This document shows positions 25,579 to 38,850 of a DNA stretch of 64,000 bases, piece by piece (position 1 is the stretch's first letter; each line of letters begins with the position of its first letter). The notes under the pieces were generated by a model. It saw only the letters and a list, made by a program, of their open reading frames with translations. It made no database searches and was not told the DNA's origin. The position numbers and the translations under genes were made by a program. The DNA is from Macrostomum lignano (Eukaryota): assembly GCA_002269645.1 (NCBI GenBank), contig NIVC01000570.1, positions 186,001-250,000 on the forward strand, given 5' to 3'.

Positions 25579-26505
25579 AAAGTATAGCTTATTCATTAAA
25601 TAGGCGAGTGACCCATCTAGTGTTTTTATTATCTATGTTAATATCTAAATTATCGAATTTCAGTGGGACCATAGACAAACAATGCATGGAATGAAGAGAG
25701 AGGATACAGAGAAGAGAAACATAAAGCTGGACGTGAAAAGACTTACGTGGTTTACTGGATTTTGGGCCATAGACAAAAAGTTGCAAACAGGGGATTAAGA
25801 GGGTTGGAAAAGAATGAGATGCGGAGATTAAGAGAGAATAAAATGTGAATTGCTACATTCGTTTGACCATGGAGAACCAGCCACTTACCGTCCACTACAC
25901 AAAAAAATAGTTTGTCCGTACTTTGTTTTAACGTTTACTATAAATAGTCATCTATTATCCCGAGTTTGAATTCTTTATTCTATAGTCATTCCAATCTATG
26001 CATTATCCAGTGAAGTTTATGTGAAGCAATAAATTGAATGTGCTTAAGGTTTAACCATAGACAATGCGAATGATCTTCCATTGTGGGAACTATTTCTAGA
26101 AACAAAGACAGGGGTAAAGAGTAAAGGACTAAAGGCCAATCAACAACATTTTCAATCCATTTTGTTTTTCTCCGGCTTTGTAAGCTGGTGTGACTGGCAG
26201 CTACTGTTAACTTCCAATGCCAAGGTCCGTCGACGTGAATTCGACCAAAAAATCTCTAAAATTGATTCACTTTGCTAAAAATTAGTTGATTTTGGCATCT
26301 TACACAGCTAGGAGTCAAATTGCAGCGAGTTTGATAAACGAGTACATGTACTGTGAAATATTTCTAGCGGTACTCGTTTGATTGGCAGCTGTCGTCAAAC
26401 AAAGAAAGGCTGCATAGTACTCTCGCAGACAAGCAAACCGTGTAGCTATGCTCATGCTCACGTAAAAGCAAAAAAGTCAAACAACGATGCTCTTTGGACC
26501 GGAAA

Positions 26506-26542
26506 CACGTGCCAATCCGTTGCGCATAAATTGGGAACTCCC
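26506..26542 (+). promoter_or_regulatory. Candidate core promoter of the 66-aa secreted peptide gene
   Basis: CACGTG at 26506-26511, CCAAT at 26512-26516, TATA-like CATAAA at 26525-26530 and palindrome-like GGGAACTCCC at 26533-26542, about 90 bp upstream of the ATG. Confidence 0.35.
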
Positions 26543-26622
26543 AACTGCTCAAGAACTCAACTTTAAACTCGACTCAATCTACACACAGCTCGAAGACTCG
26601 ACTCGACTCGACTCAAGCAATC

Positions 26623-26823
26623 ATGAAGTGGCAAATCGCTCTCGGACTTTTGCTGTGCGCAGCCCTGGCCGTCGCCGTGCCCAGCCAGGAGGAGAAGGCC
26701 ATGGCCGAACGTGTGCTGGAGGAGACTCTGTCCAACCTGGACGAGTCCAGCGTGTCGGAGGAGAAGGCCGTCGACAACGCTAAGAAGTGGCTCAGGGTTA
26801 GGGCTAGGGTTAGGATCGGTTAA
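26623..26823 (+). CDS. Small secreted prepropeptide (66 aa): signal peptide, acidic spacer, KK, WLRVRARVRI-G; unknown family
   Basis: MKWQIALGLLLCAALAVA is a textbook signal peptide. The ORF has GC3-rich codons like the verified genes here and an AATCATG start context. The spacer has 10 D/E, then dibasic KK and a terminal Gly before TAA. A splice at GT 26797/26809 cannot be excluded. Confidence 0.72.
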   Translation: MKWQIALGLLLCAALAVAVPSQEEKAMAERVLEETLSNLDESSVSEEKAVDNAKKWLRVRARVRIG

Positions 26824-27917
26824 ATCTGTCTGTCGCACAAAATCTGAGATCGAACTCGAAGTGTTTCGAACTCGCTTCATCGAAAGGCCAAGACTCGTGG
26901 GCACTAAGAGCTCACTGCTGACCGTACTCTGAACTCTGACCTGTGACCGCTTTATTGACTGATCAGAATTACCAACAAATATAACAGCAATGACAGTCTG
27001 TCTAAGCTAACAGCACCTTTTGGAAGTTATGTTAAGTTTTATTTGCAAGTTATACGACATTAAACGGATTGGTAGTGGAGTTTCTTTGCAGGAAGTGATT
27101 ATTAAAATGATTTTTACTGACTTTTCTAGGCAGCAATTTTTTTTACTCATGATAGGGCTAGAAAGAAATACTAATCGTACGAACTTCACAACTCTTAACT
27201 TAATTCGAGATCTTAGCACCTCGTTGGTGGTTTCTTCTCCTCGTGATTGTTCCCAGTGGAGTATTGATTCAAATATCGTCATTGTGGGAACTGATTTCTA
27301 GAAGCAAACAAGGACGGGATTGCGGGAACGCCGGTCTAAAAGCGAATTTGCTACATTTTCAATCCAATTTGTTTGTTTCGAAGAACTCCTTTGTGAGCTG
27401 ATGGGACTGGTAGCTACTAAGATCGTACTAACTTCCAATGCCAAGTTCCTTCGACGTGAATTCAACCAAAAAATTGATTCACTTTGAAAATAATGTTTTG
27501 TTTCTAGGTGTCCCATACAACTAAGAGTAAAAAATGCAGAGTTTTATACACCTGCAATCTGAAATATCCCAAGCTGTACTTGTTTGATCGATAGTCGTAA
27601 AAATTATTCTGACAACATGCTTCAGACTATGCGTCTTTTAGGATGTTTTTGAGCATTTTCACTTGTATGCGTATCTGTTCTCACAGTACTCACAATTGGT
27701 GACGAACATGTTTAGAAACAAAAATGTTTCCCCGAAGAGATCCACACTCTGGACACTTTTGCAATAAGACACTTCTGTGGGAAGAGATTCACATAAGGAT
27801 CACTAGGAACACTTTGTTATAGACTCTAGTCTAGTAGTCCTTGGATTCAAAATGGCACATCCCACAAGACATCTTATCTTTTAGTAAGAGACACACTCAA
27901 TAGGATGTATTCTAAGA

Positions 27918-28306
27918 CAGGTGTCGCAAACCCGGCCCGCGAAGCCTGATCTTTATCCGACCCTTGGGTTCTTTGAAATTTCACAATAGCAATCCGGCCC
28001 GCTCAGGCCTGTCTCTTCTTAGCTCCCCCTCTCTCTTCTCTCCTCTCTCCCCTCTCTCCTCTCTTCTTCTCTCCTCTCTCCTCTCTTCTCTTATCTCCGC
28101 CTTTCTCCTTCTCCTCTCACCCTCTTCTGCTCTTCTCTCCCCTCTATCCCCTCTTCCCTAATCCCTCGTGTTATTATCCTCTCTTATCTTCTCTCTCATC
28201 CCATCTCTCGCTTCTCCTCTCCCATCTTCTATTCCCTCTCTTCTTCTCTTTCATGAGCTGGATTCTTTATCAGGACCTTGAGGTAAAAAGTTTGCCGACA
28301 CCCCTG
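27918..28306. mobile_element. hAT/Charlie-like MITE with CT-rich low-complexity core
   Basis: Termini are CAGGTGTCGCAAAC and GTTTGCCGACACCCCTG. The flanking 8-mers TTCTAAGA and TTCTAGGA match 7/8 and fit the NTCTAGAN target typical of Charlie-type hATs. Confidence 0.75.
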
Positions 28307-29464
28307 TTCTAGGAAATTATCTTAGAGATGCATTCTTAGAAACACATCCCTGGAACATTGCAATTAAGAGACACGACAAAAATACTTTCTCTATAGCTTA
28401 GTAATAGTCCATCAAGTTCACTAATCAATAACTCAAGTTAAATACCTTAGCGTTTTGACAAGAAAATCAGGGAATGAATTAAGAAACAAATATCCTGTCA
28501 GTCATTCCTACATTATGACCATGTTCTCCATCCCAACCGTAGCTATCAAGCATGCTAATACGACAGAAACTAAAGACGTAGGCCAACTCAGGATTGAGAA
28601 TTGATTGGGGATGGCGCCATGTATACCATTCAATTTTCTCTTCCCCACGTTGATTCTTTTTGATCGACTGTTACTCAGTCTACAATGTGGCTCCGCTCCT
28701 ACCCCAGATCCCTTGGGAATCATTTAATTAGCCAAAAGGATACACTCACGCACAGACACTCCCCATCTGCCGGCAGACTAAGCAACAGTTCAGTCAAGTG
28801 TAATTACTAGAGCGAGACGGAACTTTCTCCAGCTTCCACATGAAAAATATTGCTGGCTACTTCTGTCGCTCTCGTCTCCTTGGCGACCAGAAAGCTGCTT
28901 TGTGTTTTTGCAATTAAATACAGGGGGGAGGCTGTGGGCACCGGAAACTGGGCTGGTCCTCATCACGCATAATTTTGTACAGTGATGTCGGAGATGGCTA
29001 CAGAGTCACCCGGTTATATTCTATTGGAAGAGTCCTGGGTAATTTGATTCGATTTCGTTCAGTTTGGGGCTTGAACAAGCGCCGCGTACACAAAGATTTG
29101 ACTTTTTGTGTACCCCCAAGGAAGGAACAGAGTACGTTCTTGCCTGACGCTGAGAAAGTCAGGGCCGCTTTACAATCTGAGTGAATGCATGCCGGAGTGT
29201 GTGTGCTCAGGCGTCGGTGAAATGTGCGTAACTGTTTGCCTCCTCGCTGTCGCCTTGTCTTGCTGCAGCAAAAATCCTAAAAGCCCAGAAACTGGCTAAC
29301 ATAATTTGTGGCATTAGGAAACAAGGCGATACGGCTAACGACAAGCACTCTACAAATCCTATTATATTTTTCTGGGCGACGATGTCACAATCCAAACTTT
29401 TTTCAACGGATCTAAATCCTGCCAAATCCCTTGCAGATCCCCATAAACAGCGATTTCCGCTCAC

Positions 29465-31168
29465 CTTGGCGGCAGCGGCCTGCAGCCGTCTGCTTTGCAC
29501 AGCCGGAGCCGCCTCCCGCCGCCGCCTCCAGCCGCATCTTTCGTCGTCGCTCTGCAGCTGCGCTTCATCGCTGAACGCCGCCGCCAGTGGTAACTGGGGC
29601 GATGCGGCCTCGGACGTAGCCGCAGAGGAATCCTCGCCGCCTTTGGTTGCCACGCGGAGGCGGCATGCCGTTGCCGTGACTGCAGCCGCCGCCGGCCAAG
29701 TCCGCTGCCGCTGTCCCTCTAGCTGTTTGCCACTGAAGTCCTGGTGCCGAAGCAGCGTCTGGATGGATCGCCTGGACAGCTGAGAGAGCCGGCCGTCGTC
29801 ATTCTCGAAGGTCGCCGCCGTTGTCGACACCGCTGACTCCTCGTCCGCCGAGGCCATCGAGCCGACTGCCGTCGACCAGCGTCTGCGCGAGGCAACGCAG
29901 CCGCCGCCGCCTCCGTCGCTGGTTTCGCCGCTTTTGAAGCCGCCGGCCTCGCCGATCGTCTGCGATCGCGGAAGTCGCCGCCGCGGTGCTGGCAGCTCTC
30001 CGCGGCTGTTGTCGACTTGACTGACCTTCCCAGCTTCAGCAGCCGACACAGGGCTGATGTCTGTTGAGCAGAATTTTAGAGTCGAGATAAGAATCGGAGA
30101 AACTTTGGGCAAATTCTGCGGGTGCCTTGAGAAATGAACAGAGCGTGGAGAGCCACTCGTACTCCGGCTCAATTCCGCTCTCGCCGCTGCTGCGTAGCAA
30201 AGCAAAGACTAGGGAGAGTGGGAGAAGTGTTGTGAGTAGCTTTGGCTTGGCTTTCATTGGGTATTCACCTTCCTCGTGTCTCCGCTCTCCTCTCAGTCTC
30301 GTTTACTTAGTTCTGCCCCAGAGGCTTCTCAGGGCCGCACTCAAATTGACAAATGGGAGTCAATTCCCTCTCCCCGCCTGTCTCCCTTTACTCGCTCCGA
30401 CTATTTTTTTGCCCATCGCTTTTTCAGCGAGGCTGAGCAGACTGGGCCCCAGGTATCCCAACACTAGTCTGACATCCTAGTGCCAACAATCCGGCTTTAT
30501 TTATGCTATCTCCAGCACTTGTTCGCCATTTTTATTCCCATCAGTGAATATTCCCAGACAGAGAGCTGAAGCCGCCGGTTTCTCCATTATTTTTTTTTCC
30601 TCCCTTAACCATTTGAGCCTCGGGGAGGGATCAATCCCTTCCCACGCAAGCGACCGATTTCTGGGTCGAATTCCCTATGAAAATCCCTGAGTAGAGACGG
30701 AGCTGCTGCGGAGATGGGAGAGCCAGCGGGAGTCAAAAGTACCTTCAGCAACAGGCCGCCAGATCGCATTTAGCAGAGGGCTGCGGACGACTCTCGGAGG
30801 GATAAAATGGGTGCAATCCAATCCAGTATATTCATTTATGCATTCGGGCTGTCTCAGCAATCTATAATATTTACTATAAATTACCAATTGCTTTTTAAAC
30901 AAGTTAATTATCACGCATTAACAGGCTCATCAGCAGTTCAGATACCTCCCAGTCTCCTGGCCAACCGATCCATCGAAGCCTTCAGCTCTGATAGAGCCTC
31001 ATCACCTTGGGATGATTCAGCCTCGGACACGGTAGTCAGCGAGCTGGAACAAAGGCTGGAAGAAAGGACACCTGAGCAGTCCTGATCGAGATCAACCAGT
31101 TCGAGCTGTTGGTCTTTGTCTCCGAGCCAGGTGGAGACGCGGTCAATCCGCTGCTGCCGCTGCGTCAT
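29465..31168 (-). CDS. Unidentified protein, first two exons (Ser/Ala/Arg-rich, probably disordered); 3' end not resolved
   Basis: Exon 31168-30946 (ATG; MTQRQQRIDRVSTWLG...ELKASMDRLARRLG, G|GTATC donor, phase 1) joins in frame to exon 30060-29465 (CAG acceptor; DISPVSAAE...RRLQAAAAK|GTGAGC). GC-rich codons; no recognisable domain. Confidence 0.55.
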
Positions 31169-32977
31169 TTTTGACTCGCGCTGGGTTTTTATCAATCAAT
31201 CAAAATTCCCGTTTGAACCTACATGCCCGGATGCCTCTAGTCTCAGTGCTCTCGGGTAACAGGAACTTCGCGCCTGCACCAGCCGCTTCAATCCTTCCGC
31301 CTTTCTATGCGCACTGCAGCAGAACGGGGCAGACTGCCTAGGCTGCGGGATGTGTTCCTCTCTGCCCTTGAAGAAAAACTTCAAGCCTGTGTCTCTCTCC
31401 CTATCTCTCTGTATTTTTACTTGCTTCAGTAAAAATTGCATTCTTCTTATTAACCTGCAGCCCTCTGATACCAATTGCTTTTAATTGGTCCCACTAACGC
31501 CATAGAAGGGGTAATATAGTATGCACTGCATAGGCTGGTTGAAGCAAAGCTTTAGCAATGGACTCGGGAAATCCGGAAAGCTTCTGGTAGCTGAACTGAG
31601 GGACGGGAGCGAACTGAGGTCTGCATGATAAACAAATTTCACTGTACGACTTGCTTCCCAACTAGATCGACTTGGTTGGAAGCAACAAGGCAGGTGGAAG
31701 ATCCGTGCGTGTGCGTGCGTTTTGCTACACCGATAGCACCCTGTACTGATTCAAAGTTCTGTTTTGAAATTTAGTCATTCAATCATGCTGGATTGCATGC
31801 ATGCATGCTGGACATGACATTGCATTACATACTGGACATAACTGGTACATCAACAGATAATCGCCCCCATCAAATGATGCTCATTAGTGACACGCACCAC
31901 AAGCTATTTGCATAAATAATGATGATGAAGCATGGACTTATCCCAGGCTCCAAATAACAGATGCAGTACAGATTTTTTTCTGTTTTTTTCAATAAATTAC
32001 AAGCCTTAAAACATACTCGTACCTTCCCACTTCTCTACTTCTAGTAGGCATCTTAGCTTGCTAATCAGACCAGGCCGATGAAATATTTATGCTACAAGGA
32101 CTGAACTATGCAAGTTGTGTCACAAGTTGTGGATGAGAAGGTACGCCCCCGACAATAAATTGGGTGCGCCCGAAGAGAACAGCCTCATAAACATTCATTT
32201 AATGAAATGTCGAATTGAGGTTGAGTTGTCATTGTGCACCTATGATAAAACTGTCTTCATCATTTCGAAGTTCCCAAAGGCCCGTCAGGCTGTTAATGAT
32301 GATGATGATGATGAACTCAAAGTTTTCGTACCACCTCGTAAAGGCTGATCTTACCCATCGAATGCATCAAAATCTTCTGAATTGACAGTCGTTTAACTTA
32401 CGAGCTAGACGTAAAATTATAACAAAAGGCCTGCAACTTGGATCTCGCAAATGCAGCTGCTCCACGCCCCAATAGGCTGGCAAAAATGTTGGCAGCCCAT
32501 TCACAACGGCGGTGGCACCCTCCCTCTCACAGCAGGCTTGGCCCCTCTGTTTCCAATTGAAGCAGTTTCCTATGCAACAACTAACTGTGGTGCTGGCGCC
32601 TCACAATGCCACACCCATCATTACGCCACACGATTGAGCCCTCACGATGGCGCTCCCAAAGACGCGCCCCCAGCAAAAATACTTGGCTACAAAGATCAAA
32701 CGCTTACCATTGCAGCTTGGTTTGCAAAGTCGCACTGCACAGTAGCCGCTCCAATTGGACATGATGCGGAGAACTGCACCGACTTCACAGTCTGCTTTCA
32801 CAGCTTCACAGTTGATAAATTTCACAGTCTAGACTTGAATCAAGATCTGTCCAGCTTAAGACCGACTTGTTATGTTAGGTACGGTCTCAGAAAGTAAGAA
32901 TAGGTCGATTTGCGGTTGGATGGATGAATACAGCACATAAGATGGAGTTGGACTAAACCAATCAGCGTGAGCTTCAG

Positions 32978-33968
32978 CTTGTCGCTCAGTTTATCTCAGT
33001 GCCTGTCTCAGCTTGTCAGTCGAGTTGTATCCTGTGTGTGTCTCAGTGCCTGCAACAGCTTGTCAGTCGAGTTGTATCCTGTGTGTGTCTCAGTGCCTGC
33101 AACAGCTTGTCAGTCGAGTTGTATCCTGTGTGTGTCTCAGTGCCTGCAACAGCTTGTCAGTCGAGTTGTATCCTGTGTGTCTCAGTGCCTGCAACAGCTT
33201 GTCAGTCGAGTTGTATCCTGTGTGTGTCTCAGTGCCTGCAACAGCTTGTCAGTCGAGTTGTATCTTGTGTGTCTCAGTGCCTGCAACAGCTTGTCAGTCG
33301 AGTTGTATCTTGTGTGTGTCTCAGTGCCTGCAACAGCTTGTCAGTCGAGTTGTATCCTGTGCGTCTCAGTGCCTGCAACAGCTTGTCAGTCGAGTTGTAT
33401 CCTGTGTGTGTCTCAGTGCCTACAACAGCTTGTCAGTCGAGTTGTATCCTGTGTGTCTCAGTGCCTGCAACAGCTTGTCAGTCGAGTTGTATCTTGTGTG
33501 TCTCATTGCCTGCAACAGCTTGTCAGTCGAGTTGTATCTTGTGTGTCTCAGTGCCTGCAACAGCTTGTCAGTCGAGTTGTATCTTGTGTGTCTCAGTGCC
33601 TGCAACAGCTTGTCAGTCGAGTTGTATCCTGTGTGTGTCTCAGTGTCTGCAACAGCTTGTCAGTCGAGTTGTATCCTGTGTGTGTCTCAGTGCCTGCAAC
33701 AGCTTGTCAGTCGAGTTGTATCCTGTGTGTGTCTCAGTGCCTGCAACAGCTTGTCAGTCGAGTTGTATCCTGTGTGTGTCTCAGTGCCTGCAACAGCTTG
33801 TCAGCTGAGTTGTATCCTGTGTGTGTCTCAGTGCCTGCAACAGCTTGTCAGTTGAGTTGTATCCTGTGTGTGTCTCAGTGCCTGCAACAGCTTGTCAGTC
33901 GAGTTGTATCCTGTGTGTGTCTCAGTGCCTGCAACAGCTTGTCAGCTGAGTTGTATCCTGTGTGTGTC
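32978..33968. repeat. 45/47-bp minisatellite (CAGCTTGTCAGTCGAGTTGTATCCTGTGTGT(GT)CTCAGTGCCTGCAA)
   Basis: About 21 units differing by one GT dinucleotide; explains the Cys-rich ORFs 32967..33977. Confidence 0.95.
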
Positions 33969-34502
33969 ACAACTTGACGAAAGCTCGTCTCAGCTATCGT
34001 ATTAGTCGAATGGTGCAACATCATTGGCCTCGGGTTCGAATCTAGTCGCATTCAATTCGTAAATCGTTTCCAAAGCCTTACTTGCCCGCTCTCAAGTGGC
34101 TGCGTACACAGCCTGGCATTGAAACAGGCTCGTCTGTACGGAATTGTTAACAAAACAAATAGACAGCAAAGAAGTCAGTTCCAAGTAGAAATATCGCACC
34201 TACGAAGTATTTCTTAGACTAGTCATGACCATTTCCATAAACAGTGACACACTCGACAGAAATGTCCCGGTTTTGATAAAATCTCCGCGACAGACCGGCA
34301 GGGATATGCGGAACAGCTTCTCCAGCCCTGAGCGGTGCCGAGGGAATCGCGTCGGCTCATAATTATGCAGACTCAATAAGCTGGATGCAGACTGTCCCTG
34401 GCCTAGCAATGCTGCAAGCTGAATAATTCAATCACCACCGCACAGCGGTGTGTGCGCTACTGTTGAAGGCTAATCCTGTGTGCGACAAATCCCTGCATGT
34501 CT

Positions 34503-35361
<859 letters not shown>

Positions 35362-37138
35362 AAGTTGGCTAGAAGACTATATTGGTAATTAAAGAACACA
35401 ATAATTTAAAGTCGGATAGAAATGCAAGACCGACAAGAGATTAAGCTTAAATCCCCAACTTGCACAGCACGGATATTAGGATGGGTAGTCCGACTCAAAT
35501 AGCTGCATTTGCACCGAGCTGCCATTTTGTTGAAGCGGATTTGTGCCTAGCAACCGTCAAGATTTTGAGGCAGAATTTTTGGCTAATGAGTTACTACTCG
35601 TGTCGTATAACTTTTACAAAACTTTCATAAATATAAAACAGATCGATAGTACTATGTCCATAACATTTCAACCCTAAACTTTGGTAAGCAAATTTTGCTA
35701 ACAAGCCCTCACATGTATGAACAGCTAGTGGAATAAGTCTTGCAAACATTTTGCTGCTAATAAATTCTAGCCTTGACTTTATAGCGGCTGATCGATCAAG
35801 TGAAGAGCAGCAGGAATATAAATTGGCGATTGAATTTTCAAGTAAGCCTTTTATACATGTACACGGCATGCGGTACGGGCCATGCAGGGACAGGAATTGC
35901 ACAGATTCCATACTGGGTTTTCATGTACTTTATAAAGCTCGTAATAAAGTAGTGGTTAAAGTCTGGCTTGAATCGCTTTCGCGGCAATAAAAGTGGCCAA
36001 TTTGCCAATCTATCTGCATATCGTGGCTTAACGCCTGAGAGCGCCTACAGATGTGACTGTTGTTTTGTGGCAAACCGCACCAACTTGTGCTTTTTATAGC
36101 TTTCGACTGAATGTACTTGTCACGAAATCATCCTTCTGCAGCATAACAAGTACATGTTCTATGCAGTTTACATTAAAAAGCTTACACCTTGTTTTTAATG
36201 CTTTCGTTTGTAAGTCGAATTCTACCGATTCGGAATCTATAGCCATGGTTCAGAAGTCCATGCAAATGTCTAGCCATACTGTCCATACATCCGTTAATCT
36301 TCTCCACGGTTTTCTAATTCGCTCAGCAAACTATTTGGGACTCTTGCAAATGGTGATTAAGGCGACCAAGTATCTCATTTCGCAGACGAAGAAGTAGCTC
36401 GTACTTGGCCGATTTAAACAAACGCGTTATTGGGTTGGGGGATGTGTCTGCCAGCTAGGTGTCCCAAGCCTCTGTGCCGGCATACAGCAGCTAGCTTTGG
36501 TCTCCTTGCCAGTGGTTCGACTTTGTATGGGCCAAGGAGTCCTTTTCCGAGATAGGGCTCAAGCTGAGGCAATAGGAGGCAATTTGCTCTCTAGATTACT
36601 ATGAGCAGTAGGCTGCCACCACCGATTAAAAGAGGACATGCAGCCACCTGATGTAGCTTGATTGCACTGTAGCACTAGCCTCCTCTTTAGGTACGAGAGA
36701 AATAATGAAATTCTCTGGATAGACTTCTCCCAGATTTCCCTGGGGACAACCCCAATTTTTATCAATGCAGAAGTCAAAAGATCCTCCAGAGGTCAAAGAC
36801 CAAGTTTTTAGGCTATAACACATGGTTGTATGTAAATAAACTTTTGCGAACGGAACGGCAATTGTTTAAGCTCATAATTGTGCCTTAATTAAAAAATATT
36901 TCAAATTCATTCGGAAATTCAATATCTCCACCACCAGCCTCCGCTCCAGTCTCTCTGCTCCAGTAGTGTCAGGTTGTTAATGTAGGTTAATTGTTAATTA
37001 GGTTGTTACCTAGTGTAGGTTGATGCATGGTCTAGGAATAGAATTCAAAATAGATGGAAGCAAATTTATGTAGCATTTCCAGTATAAGAAAGGGTGTATT
37101 GACACCATATACATGTATATTGATATACATCTGCACAG

Positions 37139-37630
37139 CAGGGGCGTCGCGATTGGATTTTATGGTGGGGGACAAAAGCTAAGAATTCTACATGTACATG
37201 ATATGTACTTGACTATTCCTACATGTACATTATTTTCGGAATTGGTGTTGTCAGCGCTTATTTCATGGCGCCGCATGTGCTATGTTTTGTCGCCTGGAAA
37301 CAAAATTATTGATTGATCCATACCGGGTCCATGCGTTACTTTAGTCGTCCTTGGTCTTAATAAGGTGGGGGGAAACAAAGCATTGGCATTTCCCCATAAC
37401 TTTTACTGGGGGGGGGGCATATCCCTCCTGCCCCCCCCCCCGGTGGCGACGCCCCTGTGTGTGCGATTTAACTATAGCTAGGCGCGTAGCTAGGATTCAC
37501 GTCAGGGGGACAGAGACATATGAATCCATCTCCGATGGAAGCAATGGAAGCAAGATACAAAGGCAGTAAGAAAATCCCCCCTTCAGGGAGGACATGTCCC
37601 CAGTGTCACCACTTTGGCTACGCCCCTGTG
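37139..37630. mobile_element. Two adjacent short inverted-repeat elements (Harbinger-like MITEs; family assignment tentative)
   Basis: CAGGGGCGTCGC...GCGACGCCCCTG at 37139-37457, and AGGCGCGTAGC...GGCTACGCCCCTG at ~37488-37628. No clear TSD. Confidence 0.5.
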
Positions 37631-38850
37631 CAGTTGTTGTAGTAAATTAATGCAATTAAGGCAAATTTACTTAAAATTACATTTTCAAGTTACATTTTTA
37701 CTTTTTGTCGAGTCCATCCTCGTAATAAATTACATGTAGCCAAATTTATTTTTTCATAGCTTCTGTAACTATTTAGAGCAAATAGGCAAAAGTCTAACAT
37801 TTTTTGTTTGGTATATTTCAGGTAAACCTTTCTCCGAAAAGAGAACAAAAAAGCTTTCGCCGAAATGACTCACCTTCGCTAAATGTTGCTTTTGCTTATT
37901 TTAGGACCGTAAATTTTGTTCTGGATGATGTGACAAGACCTAGCTAGCCAATAAATTTATACGATTCCTTTTCTGGTTTATTTGTAAGCCTATTCTATTG
38001 TTTCCTCAATATAAGGCTTATATTAAGTTACCTAAGTCCTATGTTCCTCCTATTCATAGTTATACACGTATGCGTTACGTATCGGGCCTATTTATTATTT
38101 TCTGGGCCTACCGCCTATGTAGTTATTTAAATTCCTAGTTTTCAAATAAACATAGTTGCAACGCCGCGCTAAAAATCATATGTAGTTGTTTTTTATGCCA
38201 GCAATTCATGCGGTGTAAGACTAGGCCTAAGATGGCCATATACACACAGTCACACACACCAAGATAGCCACAATATTGAATCTTTATTATTATGTCTAGG
38301 CCTGCCTACTCAGAATATTAGTAGTACTCTCTCTTCACTGTTAATTTACAAACGAAAAACTAATAGCTATTGTTTTATTTAATATTTATTATGTTTAATC
38401 AATCATATTGTATTCATAAATGATTAATATTGATACAATTATTATAATAACAGATTTGAAACTAATTAGGACTACCTAGCCTAGGGCCTCTATAATACAA
38501 AAACTTTCATCTTTTTCTATGTTTATGCCAATTTATTCCCTTTCATTATATGTACTATCAAGTCTATTATTATCAGCTTATTAAGAATATCATTGCCAGT
38601 GCTAGTGATAAATGCTATGCAAAAAGTATAATTAATATGCAATAGCAATAGTATATTTGTTTTCTATGCCTACTAGACTAGGCCTACTTGTATTAGTAGG
38701 CCTAGATAAAAAATTATAGGTTAGGCCCTACCTAGGCTAAAATCTATATATTAAAAATGGTATATTGATAAATAATTAGGTATATGGGTTATGTGAGTAC
38801 CATGCTCTGCATCATGTAGTATATGCCCAAAAATTTGGGCATGCATTGGC

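Noticed and set aside
24664-25694. ORFs of 289-331 aa spanning the gap
   Set aside because: Artefacts of translating N.
26533-26542. NF-kB site implying immune induction of the peptide gene
   Set aside because: It fits GGGRNNYYCC but is a single 10-mer lying downstream of the TATA-like motif, and whether this organism has NF-kB is unknown.
34003-34042. tRNA gene (A-box-like TAGTCGAATGG, B-box GGTTCGAATC)
   Set aside because: Box spacing is too short and I could not fold a cloverleaf. At most a degenerate tRNA-derived SINE head.
35594-36400. LINE reverse-transcriptase remnant (YRMPC..KGLLE, HSTID)
   Set aside because: Motif spacing does not fit RT and there is no YADD-like motif. The resemblance is too weak without a profile search.
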